From Heterodontus francisci (taxonomy: Eukaryota): a DNA stretch of 64,000 bases. This document shows positions 35,141-47,979 of this stretch, one piece after another; position 1 is the stretch's first letter, and each line of letters opens with the position of its first letter. The position numbers were made by a program, and so were the translations under genes. The stretch spans positions 121,567,593 to 121,631,592 of the forward strand of contig NC_090378.1 in the NCBI RefSeq assembly GCF_036365525.1. The letters are read 5' to 3'. The notes under the pieces are model-generated. The model did not search any database, was not told where the DNA came from, and was given only the letters and a program-made list of their open reading frames with translations.

Positions 35141-36675
35141 CTACATAGCAGAGTAACAGTTAAGTGCTCATTTGGAGGCTCATATCTGGGGCTTTGTTCT
35201 TTGCTGGGTTTCTGCTTCTGTGTTTACTTCCCGAGATAATAAACACAAAACACAACTTCACAAATTGAGTCAGAAGCAGCATCTTCAGCTACAGATGAAA
35301 GTTGATTTTCGCTGCCAGTTCAAACTGCAGCACATTAGGGTCATTACAGCCGTAACCTTGGAGCGACTTCCAATTTCCACCAGCTGCTCCTGAGGAGTAT
35401 CGATAAGAGGGAGACGGACAAGTCCCCACCCTCCCCTGCTCTCCTCCACATGTGGGGGGTGGGGAATAGGTGCTTAACCGTGGTTGCAACAGGGGGGCTA
35501 AATTTTGCTCAGGGTGGGAATACGACATTATTCCCGACTGTCCAAATCTGCTCCCTTTCCCAGACCATGGTGCCATTGACAGGAAACACTGGGTCACTAA
35601 ACACTGGGCGGACACATACAGCAATTTTACAGAATAAAAATTGTGTCACACTCACATTCACCTGTGTCTAAAGAATATTCTTGGTCTGATGTTGGATATT
35701 GAATCATCAGGTAACAGAAATAGGTCCTTGGTATTTATTCTGGAAAAAGTAAATCCCAACAATTACTTCCAATTAAATTATGACAAGAGCGAGAGGCCAC
35801 ACATTCAAACTAGTAAAAGGCAGCTTCAGGACTAATATCAAGGAGTCTTTCTTCATATCAGAGTGACTAATCATGGAATGGATTCCCAGATAAAGTAATG
35901 GAAATGAAAGTCATGGAAGAACCAGCTGGATGCTGCATTGGGGAGACTTTAGGGTCATCATCAATGGAGGAGCTAAGGTGGGCCGAATGGCCTTCCTCTT
36001 CCATTAATATCTTGTAATATATAGAGGAAAGGGGCAATGTCTGTCATCGTAAATGAAAGAACTGGATATTGAGGATTAGTGACTTGTTGAAACTGAAGTG
36101 TTCACACTCTTTGTTTCAGAGACAGGATCAGTGACACCTACAATGAGATTTTTCTCAGCAATTTACCGAGACCTCAATATGCTGAGGAAATCTGTCCGAG
36201 TGTGGCACTGGGTACAGAAATTTAAAGTGAAATATAACCATTATTTCAGAACATCAGGAAATCCTTTTAAAAGTGATTCATTATCTTCACTAAGACTGCT
36301 GTGATGAACCAGTTCTCTGAGGAAGATCTTAATGTGCGTGATGTTTCAAAACATTGGCTTCAAACAGAGACTAGAAACATGCTTTCCTGCCCTCTGTCAG
36401 AATAGCTACAGTGATAAACCTGGGCCTAGGAATTCAGGTGCACCTATTTTTGGGAATGTGAACAATGATCCCAGTACCTGAATGGTGAAGTCCACGGCAC
36501 CACCAACACTGGGTCACTGATCTCATTTCCATTGGGCTGGTGAGTTGTGGACAGCAACAGGTTTCTCTTTCTGAGGTCTGGTCTGCACTTTGGGCCACCA
36601 GACAATCCAGTAGAAATGAGGAACTCACCACAGGAGGAAAAGTGGAGGTGGAATGGCACTGTGATACTTTGAGGA

Positions 36676-37610
36676 ATGGCTGAACGTGTGAGAGAGCGTG
36701 CACCAAGCTTTTCTGATGATGTGTTACAGGTCTTGGTGGAAGAAGTGGAAAGAAGGAGAGACATCCAGTATCCACAGAGAGGTAGGAACTCCTCCAGATA
36801 GATGATCAAGAGACAGTGTGAAGAAGTAATAGCAGAGCTCAATGTCAGGAGTGTTGCTCCAAGAACAAGGATGCAGGAAGAAGTTTAATGATCTGATACG
36901 AGTTGTCAAGGTGACTGAGTGCATCTTCAAATGGCAGATCCTACCAACTGCATCACTAACCTCATCCATTGCTCAATTCACCAAACCCACATCACCCAGC
37001 CACCAACAGTCTCTATAAATCAGTATTCAACCCTTCAATTCATAGGATTTACCTCACCCTCACACACTTAGCATTACTGCCAACCTTGTACCAACAACTC
37101 ACAGCTAGCACACAGCTATTCAACCATGACAGCCACATCAAACATATTACAGGACACTCACTCTCACACTTCTCTCTTTCTTATAGGAGAAGGTGGTTCA
37201 TAATAGAGGCAACAAGAAGGAACTGGAGGCGGACAAGCAGATCTGCAGATTTTAACCCTCACGGAGGAGACAGTGCTGGTCAATATGGGAAGGGGCATCG
37301 CTGAGGCTATGGACACTGGTGGGGCTGGAGAGATCGATGATAAGGTTGTCTGTATACCTTATCCTCCTTCTCTCATCACACAATCTCTTCAGACTCTCAA
37401 GCTGCAGACGGTGTAAACATGCACTTCTTACTTTCTCCTCTCCCCTCACCACATCCCAATCCTTGTCCATATTCATTTCAGGTACCCAAAAACTGGGAGC
37501 TTCCCAGTCAGGGAGGAAGAGGCAGAAAACAAGGAAGATAAAGAGACACCATCACTCAATCTTACACTTACAGCCACCAGTATTTTAGAGGCTAAGATAG
37601 AGGAGGGATC
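36676..37610 (+). mobile_element. PIF/Harbinger transposon Myb/SANT-like protein gene remnant (with introns)
   Basis: MAERVRERAPSFSDDVLQVLVEEVERRRD..RKKFNDLIRVVK|gt; exon 2 at ~37187 EKVVHNR..TGGGQ..LTLTEE; frameshifted. Confidence 0.75.
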
Positions 37611-37712
37611 CAGATAGACTGATTTATAGTTAGAGTTTCTGCCAGGTCAACAGTGTCTTAAAGGGACACGGTCTCTTTAATTACTCTTACTATTAACCAT
37701 TTCAGCACTGAA

Positions 37713-40700
37713 ATGTTTCTGCCTCCACCACCCTTTCAGGCAGTGAGTTCCAGACCCCCACCACCCTCTGGGTTAAAAAGTCCCCCTGAATTCCCTCTAA
37801 ACCTCCTACATCTTACCCTAACTCTATGCCTCTGGTTATGGACCCTTCAGCCAAGGGGAATAGGCCCTTCCTATCCACTCTGTCAAGACGCCTCATAATT
37901 TTATAAACTTCACTAAGGTCTCTCCTCAGCCCTCTCTGTTCCAAAGAAAACAAACCCAGCCGATCATATCTTTCCTCATAACTAAATTTCTCCGGTCCCA
38001 GCAACATCCTTGAAAATCTCCTTTGTATCCTCTCCAGTGCAATCCCATCTTTCCTGCGGTGTGCGGTGACCAGAACTGCACACAGTACTCCAGCTGTGGA
38101 CTAACTAGTGTTTTATACAGTTCCAGTATAACCTCCCAGTTCTTATATTTCATGTCTCAGTTAATGAAGACAAGTATCCCATGTGCCTTCTTGACCACCA
38201 TATCTACCTGTCCAGCCACTTTCAGGGATCTGTGAACGTGCATTCCAAGGTCCCTCTGTTCTTGTACATTTCTCAGTAACCTACAATTTATTGTGTATTC
38301 CTTTGCCTTGTCAGCCTTCCCCAAATGCATTACCTCACACTTCTCCGGATTGAACTCCATTTGCCACTGCTCTGCCCACCTGACTAGTCCATTGATATTT
38401 TCCTGCAGTCTACAGCTTTCTTATTTATTAACAACCACACGGACAATGTTTGTATCGTCTGCAAATTTCTTATTTATACCCATTACATTGAAGTAAAGGC
38501 CTGCTCAGGTCGGGGAAAAAGAACCCAACCCAAACCAGACCGAACCATAGTGGACCCGAGCCCGACCTGGCCCGAGTCCCTCCGATTTTGCCCCAAGCCC
38601 AACCCGACCCGAGCCCGACTCGACCATCCCTTTCCTTACCTTCCGACTCGGAACGTCCAGGAAGCTGCAGCATGTGTGTGATGGCATCACAGAGACGTCA
38701 CTCACTAACTGCACACACTCAGTTTCGCTGCTTGACGTCCCGGACTCCCAGCTCAGGTAAGTTTTATTTAATTTTAATACTGACCAGCAGAGCAATAACC
38801 GTCTGTGTCCGGCCTGACCCGGACCTGGACCCGAACCCGGCCCGACCTGAGCCCGAAAACCGGACCTGGAAGAGGGGCCCAACCCGACCTGAACCCAACA
38901 CATGTCGTCGGGTCCCGTCGGTTCCCGGTCGGGCCATAGGCCTTTACATTGAAGTCCAAATCATTGATATATCCTGCAAAAAGCAAGGGACCTGGTACTG
39001 AACCCTGCAGAACCCATTTGGAAACAGTCTTCCAGTCACAAAAACACCCATCGACCATTATCCTTTGTTTCCTGCCTCTGAGCCAATTTTGAGTCCATCT
39101 TGTCACTTTGCCTTGGTCCCCTGGGCTTTTACTTTCATGACCAGTCTGTCATCTGGGACTTTATCATAAATCTATGTATAATCCATATAGCTTACATCAA
39201 ATGCACTTCCCTCATCGACCCTCCTTGTTTCCTCTTCAAAAAATTCAATCACGTTAGTCAGACACAACCTTCCCTCAACAAATCCATGCTGACTGTCTGT
39301 GACTAATCCATGTCTGTCTAAATGAATATTTATCCTGTCCCTCAGAGCTTTTTCCAATATTTTTCCCACCACTGGAGGTAGGCTGACTGGCCTGTAATTA
39401 CTCGGTCTATTCCTTTCTCCCGTTTTAAACAATGGTACAATGTGAACTGGCCTCCAGTCCTCTGGCACCACACCTGGAGACAGAGAATATTGGAAAATGA
39501 TGGTCAGAGCCTCTGCTGTTTCTTCTCTTGCTTCATTTAACAGCCTAGGATGCATTTCATCTGGGCTTGGTGATTTAACCACTTTCAAACATGTTAAATC
39601 CCTTAATATCTCATCTCATTATATTAGTTTTATCTAACATTGCACACTCCTCCTCCCTGATTGCAATTTCTGTATCATCCCTCTCTTTAGTGAAAACAAA
39701 TGCGAATCCTCCTCCTTCATCCACAGGTTACCCTGGTGGACCCAAATAGGCTCTACTCTTTCTTTCATTATAATCCTGCCTTTCTGTATTTATAAAACAA
39801 CCTTTAGTTTTCTTGATTTTATTTGACTTGCCAATTTTTTTCATGCCCTCTCTTTGCTTTCCTAATTTCCTTTTTAATTTCACCCCTACACTTTTTATAC
39901 TCCTCTCGATTTTCTGCCTTGGTATCTGTCATTAATCTTCCTGTTTTACTTTATCCTCTCCTTTCAGCCCCTTGACATCCACAAGACTCTGGATTTGTTC
40001 GTCCCACCCGTTTTCTTTAAGGGAACATACTTGCTCTGAACCCTCACGATCTCTTCCCTGAATGCCTCCCACTGATCCAGCACTGATTTACTTTCAAGTA
40101 ACTGTTTCCAATCCCATTTAGCTAAATCACATTTCAGCTTAGTAAAATTAGCTTTTCCCCAATTGAGAACTTTTATTCCTGGTTTGTCTTTGTCCTTTTC
40201 CATAACTATCCTAAATCTAACTGAATTATGATCACTTTCATCAAAGTGCTCCCCGTCCGATCCCCCTTCCACCTGCCCAGCTTCATTCCCTAAAATTATG
40301 TCCAGTCTCACAATCCCTCTTGTTGGACTTGATACATACTGGATAACAATGTTCTCCTCAATGCATTTGAAGAATTCTGTGACCACTGAGTCTTTCACAT
40401 AAACTCTACCCCAGTTAATATTGGGGCAGTTGAAATCCCCCACTATTACTGTTTAATTGTTTTTTCAGTTCTGAAATTTGTCTACATATTTGCTCTTCTC
40501 TCTCCTTCTAACAGTTTCAGGGTCTATAGCACACTCCCAGTAGTGTGATTGCCCCTGTTTTGTTCTTCAGTTCAACCCATATGGCAACATTTGTTTATCC
40601 TTCTACCATATCTTCTCTCCTCACAGCTATAATTGTTTCTTTAATCAATATTGCAATTCACCCCCTCCTGAGATATCCCCATCTCTGTCTCGTCTGAAAA

Positions 40701-41930
40701 CCCTGTAGCTAGGAATGTTGAGCTGCCATTCCTGCCCTTCTATCAGCCATGTCTCAGTAACAGCTATAATATCATACTGCCATGTGTCAATCTGTGCTCT
40801 CAGCTCATCTGCCTTATTTCCTCAACTTGTATTGAAGTATATATTATTTAGCTCTGTCAAACTCCCTTGTTTATTTTCTAACCTTCGTTTTCTCTGCCTT
40901 CCAAAGACGCTGACTAATTTACTGCCTTCCATTTCCAACTTTTCTTCTCTCTCTTCTGAATCTACTCTCAGGTTCCCATCCCTGTGCTCAGCTAGTTTAA
41001 ACTCTCCCCAACAGCACAAGTAAAACTCACTGCGAGGATATTGGTCCCGGCCCTGTTGATTTGCAAACAGTCCGTCTTGTACAGGTCCCACCTCCTCCAG
41101 AAGCAGTCCCAAAGCCTCAGGAATCTAAAGCCCTCCCTCCTGCATAATCTCTCCAGCTCTATGTATTCATCAGTTCTATCTTCCTATTTCTGTACTCACT
41201 AATACGTGGCACTGGGAGTAATCTAGAGATTAATACTTTAGAGGTTCTGCTTTTCAATCTCCCTCCTAGCTGCCTAAATTCTGCCTCAGGACCTCATCCC
41301 TCCTTCTGCCTCTGTCATTGGTGCCAATATGGACCACGACCTCTGGCTGTTCACTCTCCCCTGTCAGAATGTCCTGCTGACGCTCAGTGATATCCTTGTC
41401 CCTGGCACCAGGGAGGCAACATACCATCATGGAGACACCTCTGCAGTCACAGAAGTGCCTGTCTATTCTCCTCACTATCGAATCCCCTCCCACTATTGCT
41501 CTTCCACTCTTCTTCCTCCCTCCCTGTACAGCTGAGTCACCCATGGTGCTGTGGACTTGGCTCTGCCTGCACTCCCCAATGGAACCATCACTCTGACCAG
41601 TATTCAGAACTGAATACCAGTTGGAGAGTGAGATGCACTCATGGGATTACTGTTCTGCATGCCTGGTCCTCCTTGTTCTTCTGGCCCTCACCCATTCCGC
41701 CTCTGCCAGCACATTTTTAAACTGTAGGGTGACCACCTCCAGAAAGCTCTCAGCCTCGTGGATGCTGCATAGTGACTCCAGTCAGTGCTCAAACTCCGAA
41801 ACCCAGAGCTCGAGCTGCTGTAACCGGTGACACTTCCTGTACATGTGGTCATCCAGGTCATGAGAAGTGTCCAGGATTTCCCACATGACACAGGATGTGT
41901 ATTCCACAGGGCTGAGGTTCCCTGCCATGT
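37713..41930 (-). mobile_element. Near full-length decayed CR1 LINE (esterase-type ORF1 + EN-RT)
   Basis: ORF1 GDSIVR..CCLPGA..VVVHIGTND (SGNH esterase); GDFNCPNINW; NYRPVSL; QHGF; SLEQRGLRRDL. Confidence 0.93.
38494..38946. mobile_element. hAT-type MITE nested in CR1
   Basis: Perfect TIR TAAAGGCCT/AGGCCTTTA, 8-bp TSD CATTGAAG (38486-38493, 38947-38954), ACCCGA subterminal repeats. Confidence 0.93.
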
Positions 41931-42608
41931 TTTACTTTCTAGACTAGTATCTAGAAACACTTAGAGCTGATCACCAGGTCTCGCTGTCTCCCGTTCCATC
42001 ACTCAGACTGCTCCGTGTTTTGTCAAAGATCAGAACAGAACCTATTCAGTCATTGCACTGAATTCCCTCAATCCCCAATTCTCCGAGTTAGGTATCTGTT
42101 GAAGCAGTACTCCATCAAGCTGGACTTGGTGCTGGGCTGCTGTGTGATCCTGCAAGCCCCTTTGAGCACTGGCATCCACAGCCATGATGGCAGCAGTCTG
42201 AGCCTGTGTGGCAGCAAGCTCAGATTACAATACCACAGTCTGAGCTTCCACTGCAGCACTCAGACATTGGGGTGGCCTCTACTTGTACTGCAATTCACTC
42301 ATCCATGTCTCTGATAGTCTGGAAATGTTAATCTGCTCACTTGTGTTTATATTATTCAAATCATCAGAGGAATTTGTAACAGCAATATAATCATGGAGCT
42401 TCAGAGGGCAATGTAACCATTGGAACAGGATGATTTGAAGGGATAGAGAGGAATAAAGAGCCTATGCTGGCTCCATGTGGTTATTCTGATATCACTTTTA
42501 TGTATCTTTGATGTCCTCTGATTCAGTGGCAGTATGAATGGAATGTAGATGTAGATAAAGTAGAATTAGGATAAGACTTGTGAGTGAAACACTGCATGTT
42601 GTATTCAT

Positions 42609-44304
42609 ACTGGATTGTGAAGTGTGATGTTCCTGAGTACACAGACTGGATTGTGAAGTGTGATGTTCCTGAGTACACAGACTGGATTGTGAAGTGTGAT
42701 GTATCTGAGTACACATACTGGACTGTGAAGTGTGATGTTCCTGAGTACACAGACTGGATTGTGAAGTGTGATGTACCTGAGTACACAGACTGGATTGTGA
42801 AGTGTGATGTTCCTGAGTACACAGACTGGATTGTGAAGTGTGATGTTCCTGAGTACACAGACTGGATTGTGAAGTGTGATGTTCCTGAGTACACAGACTG
42901 GATTGTGAAGTGTGATGTTCCTGAGTACACAGACTGGATTGTGAAGTGTGATGTTCCTGATTACACAGACTGGATTGTGAAGTGTGATGTATCTGAGTAC
43001 ACATACTGGATTGTGAAGTGTGATGTTCCTGAGTACACAGACTGGATTGTGAAGTGTGATGTATCTGAGTACACAGACTGGATTGTGAAGTGTGATGTAT
43101 CTGAGTACACAGACTGGATTGTGAAGTGTGATGTTCCTGAGTACACAGACTGGATTGTGAAGTGTGATGTTCCTGAGTACACAGACTGGATTGTGAAGTG
43201 TGATGTATCTGAGTACACAGACTGGATTGTGAAGTGTGATGTTCCTGAGTACACAGACTGGATTGTGAAGTGTGATGTTCCTGAGTACACAGACTGGATT
43301 GTGAAGTGTGATGTATCTGAGTACACAGACTGGATTGTGAAGTGTGATGTTCCTGAGTACACAGACTGGATTGTGAAGTGTTATGTACCTGAGTACACAG
43401 ACTGGACTGTGAAGTGTGATGTACCTGAGTACACAGACTGGATTGTGAAGTGTGATGTATCTGAGTACACAGACTGGATTGTGAAGTGTGATGTATCTGA
43501 GTACACAGACTGGATTGTGAAGTGTGATGTACCTGAGTACACAGACTGGATTGTGAAGTGTGATGTATCTGAGTACACAGACTGGATTGTGAAGTGTGAT
43601 ATACCTGAGTACACAGACTGGATTGTGAAGTGTGATGTTCCTGAGTACACAGACTGGATTGTGAAGTGTGATGTATCTGAGTACACAGACTGGATTGTGA
43701 AGTGTGATGTACCTGAGTACACAGACTGGATTGTGAAGTGTGATGTATCTGAGTACACAGACTGGATTGTGAAGTGTGATGTACCTGAGTACACAGACTG
43801 GATTGTGAAGTGTGATGTATCTGAGTACACAGACTGGATTGTGAAGTGTGATATACCTGAGTACACAGACTGGATTGTGAAGTGTGATGTTCCTGAGTAC
43901 ACAGACTGGATTGTGAAGTGTGATGTACCTGAGTACACAGACTGGATTGTGAAGTGTGATGTATCTGAGTACACAGACTGGATTGTGAAGTGTGATGTTC
44001 CTGAGTACACAGACTGGATTGTGAAGTGTGATGTATCTGAGTACACAGACTGGATTGTGAAGTGTGATGTTCCTGAGTACACAGACTGGATTGTGAAGTG
44101 TGATGTTCCTGAGTACACAGACTGTATTGTGAAGTGTGATGTATCTGAGTACACAGACTGGATTGTGAAGTGTGATGTTCCTGAGTACACAGACTGGATT
44201 GTGAAGTGTGATGTATCTGAGTACACAGACTGGATTGTGAAGTGTGATCTACTTGAGTACACAGACTGGACTGTGAAGTGTGATGTACCTGAAAACACAG
44301 GCTG
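42609..44304. repeat. 36-bp minisatellite, ~47 near-identical copies
   Basis: ACTGGATTGTGAAGTGTGATGT(TC/AT/AC)CTGAGTACACAG head-to-tail, no spacers. Confidence 0.97.
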
Positions 44305-44900
44305 GAGAGCAGAGAGAGGGCTCCCAAGTTTCCCGATGTGACACTGGAGACATTAATAGAGGAGGTACAAAGGAGGAGAGAATCAATGTTTGCACAAGGA
44401 GCCAGGAGGCCCTCAAAGCAAAACTCTCAGAAGAGAATGGGAGCGATGACCAGGGAGGTCAATTCCTGGAGTCTGGACCTGAGGACCTGACAGCAGTGTC
44501 GCGAGAAGTTCAGTGACCTCACAGGGGTGGTCAAGGTCAGTGAATGTAACTTCACAGGACATCTCCCACCAAGCACAGCACCAACCTCTCCTGCTGCTCA
44601 TTGTACCACACCCCCATCACTCACCCAGTAACAATCCCGAGCACTCAGGACTCACTCCTGACAGTCAAATCCTCCACCTCACCCTCACACTCCCACCAAT
44701 GCATCCTAACCGCAACCCCCACCCCCTGAAGAACCATGGTATCTCTGCTCCTACCCACCTCCACTGTTCATGCCTCTGTCATCCTTGAAGCCCCTCCCTC
44801 CCCTGGCATTCTGTTTGGCATCATTTAAACTTCAGCAATATTATTCAGTTCAGATTTCCTTTAAAAGGGACAGCCTGCCTTTAAGAAGAGCAGCCTGGCT
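44305..44900 (+). mobile_element. Second Harbinger Myb/SANT remnant
   Basis: RERAPKFPDVTLETLIEEVQRRRE..QQCREKFSDLTGVVK|gtcagt, paralogous to 36676-36910. Confidence 0.7.
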
Positions 44901-45366
44901 GCAAAACATGGTTTGTGAACAACACAACTGGGACCCTCTGAGGAACACAGAGGCTGTCATCAGCATCTGTAAACAATTTCTGCTCATCTTGTTCACATCT
45001 TGTTAACTTAATTCTGCTTATTGTTAAAACATGAAATCAACATCTCAACATTGTCCAACTTTAGCACAGCCTGTCTGCATATATTACTCAACAGGATATA
45101 TCTTTACTGACAAGGAGACCTTTTTAAATATAATAATGACACATTTCTGATAATCATATTCATAAAGTTTTTATTCTCCCTTTCATTAGTTCTATGCTCA
45201 TTGACACAATGCTGTGGTTTCTACTTTGCCAAATGTAGAAGCCATTTGTAATGTTTTTGGTGCTGTTCAAATTTATTTCATCAAACTTACACTTAAAATA
45301 TGCAGACATTATTCTGAATGGTATTAAATGTAACAAACTCAGGTCTGACTCCCAGCAGCTCAAATG

Positions 45367-45891
45367 GAGGGAGGGATGGAGCTCAGATAGAGGGAGGGAT
45401 GGAGCTCAGACAGAGGGAGGGATGGAGCTCAGACAGAGGGAGGGATGGAGCTCAGATAGAGGGAGGGATGGAGCTCAGATAGAGGGAGGGATGGAGCTCA
45501 GACAGAGGGAGGGATGGAGCTCAGACAGAGGGAGGGATGGAGCTCAGATAGAGGGAGGGATGGAGCTCAGATAGAGGGAGGGATGGAGATCAGATAGAGG
45601 GAGGGATGGAGCTCAGATAGAGGGAGGGATGGAGCTCAGAAGGAGGGAGGGATGGAGCTCAGACAGAGGGAGGGATGGAGCTCAGACAGAGGGAGGGATG
45701 GAGCTCAGATAGAGGGAGGGATGGAGCTCAGATAGAGGGAGGGATGGAGATCAGATAGAGGGAGGGATGGAGCTCAGATAGAGGGAGGGATGGAGCTCAG
45801 ATAGAGGGAGGGATGGAGCTCAGATAGAGGGAGGGATGGAGGTCCGATGGAGGGAGGGATGGAGCTCGGATGGAGGGAGGGATGGAGCTCA
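45367..45891. repeat. 23-bp minisatellite GAGGGAGGGATGGAGCTCAGA(T/C)A, ~23 copies
   Basis: Direct tandem units. Confidence 0.96.
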
Positions 45892-46022
45892 GGGAGGTGT
45901 GTATCTGAGAGGAAAGAGGATGTCCCTCCACCAATCCATGCAGCTCCCTGCTCCCCTATCCTGACGACAGACTCCACTATTACAATTCGATGGTTTTCAC
46001 CTTGTACTTTTTACTGATATGA

Positions 46023-47136
46023 TGGATGAATGGAGCCTTGGCTGGAGACGGCACTGGATGGACGGAGCCCTGGCTGGAGACTGCACTGGATGAATGGAGC
46101 CCTGGCTGGAGACTGCACTGGATGAATGGAGCCCTGGCTAGAAACTGCACTGGATGAATGGAGCCCTGGCTGGAGACTGCACTGGATGAATGGAGCCCTG
46201 GCTGCAGACTGCAGTGGATGAATGGAGCCCTGGCTGCAGACTGCACTGGATGAATGGAGCCTTGGCTGGAGACTGCACTGGATGAATGGAGCCCTGGCTG
46301 CAGACTGCACTGGATGAATGGAGCCCTGGCTGGAGACTGCACTGGATGAATGGAGCCCTGGCTGGAGACTGCACTGGATGAATGGAACCCTGGCTTGAGA
46401 CTGCACTGGATGAATGGAGCCCTGGCTGGAGACTGCACTGGATGAATGGAGGCCTGGCTGGAGACTGCACTGGATGAACGGAGCCCTGGCTGGAGACTGC
46501 ACTGGATGAATGGAGCCCTGGCTGGAGACGGTACTGGATGGATGGAGCCCTGGCTGGAGACTGCATTGGATGAATGGAGCCCTGGCTGGAGACTGCACTG
46601 GATGAATGGAGCCCTGGCTGGAGACTGCATTGGATGAATGGAGGCCTGGCTGGAGACTGCACTGGATGAACGGAGCCCTGGCTGGAGACTGCACTGGATG
46701 AACGGAGCCCTGGCTGGAGACTGCACTGGATGAACGGAGCCCTGGCTGGAGACTGCACTGGATGAACGGAGCCCTGGCTGGAGACTGCACTGGATGAACA
46801 GAGCCCTGGCTGGAGACTGTACTGGATGAACGGAGCCCTGGCTGGAGACTGCACTGGATGAATGGAGCCCTGGCTGGAGACTGCACTGGATGAATGGAGC
46901 CCTGGCTGGAGACTGTACTGGATGGACGGAGCCCTGGCTGGAGACTGCATTGGATGAATGGAGCCCTGGCTGGAGACTGCACTGGATGAATGGAGGCCTG
47001 GCTGGAGACTGCACTGGATGAATGGAGCCCTGGCTGGAGACTGCATTGGATGAATCGAGCCCTGGCTGCAGACTGCATTGGATGAATGGAGGCCTGGCTG
47101 GAGACTGCACTGGATGAATGGAGCCCTGGCTGGAGA
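46023..47136. repeat. 32-bp minisatellite TGGATGAATGGAGCCCTGGCTGGAGACTGCAC, ~35 copies
   Basis: Direct tandem units. Confidence 0.96.
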
Positions 47137-47369
47137 TGGATTAAAGGAACATGTACATTTTAAATACAGTAACTCAGAGACTAGTCAGGGAGGGCGTGAC
47201 AGTAACCAGTTCATGTTGACCAAGAGCCCGAGTGGTGAGTTTCTGGTTAGAAACTGGACCTTCTGCAGCTTATCCTGGGTAACAGCTCAATCATTAAATA
47301 ATGACCAGTTAAAACAGAGGAAACCCATTTATTATTAACACACAATGACACAATTATAATCACATCAGA

Positions 47370-47973
47370 AATAGGAGCAGGGGGAGGCCATTCGGCCCTT
47401 TGAATCTACTCCACCATTCAATATGATCATGGCTGGTCTTCTCACTCAATTCCACCTTCCCGTACTATCCCCTATTCCTTAATTTCTGTAGTAACTAAAA
47501 ATGTATGGACCCCTGTCTTCAATATACTCAAGGACTGAGCATCCACAGCTCTCTGGGATACAGAATTCCAAAGATTCCAAAGATTCACAACGTCTTGAGT
47601 GAAGAAATTTCTCCTTATCTCAGTCCGAAATGGCCGACCCCTTATTCTGAGACCGTGACCCCTAGTTCTAGATTCCCCAGCCAGGGGAAAACATCCTCCC
47701 AGTATCTACCCTGTCAATCACATTACAAATTGTATATCTTTCAATCAGATCACCTCTCATTCTTCTACATTTCAGGGAATAATGTCCCAGTCTACTCAAT
47801 CTCTCCTCATAGGACAATCCCCTCATCCCAGGAATCAGTCTGGTGAATCTTTGCTGCACTCCTTCCAAGGCCAGTATATCCTTCCTTAGGTAAAGAGACC
47901 AAAACTGTCCACAGTTCACCAGGTGTGGTCTCAGCAAGGTCCGATCGAACTGCAATAAGACTTCTTCACTCTT
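47370..47973 (-). mobile_element. CR1 LINE 3' end
   Basis: LRPHL..LEGVQQRFTRLIPG..RRMRGDLIE; hairpin tail. Confidence 0.88.
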
Positions 47974-47979
47974 ACATGT

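Noticed and set aside
42609-44304. 36-bp repeat resembling a CRISPR repeat length
   Set aside because: Units are head-to-tail with no unique spacers, there are no cas genes, and the context is vertebrate; it is a minisatellite.
45980-47110. Three overlapping 300-376 aa ORFs
   Set aside because: Translation of a 32-bp minisatellite that cycles through frames.
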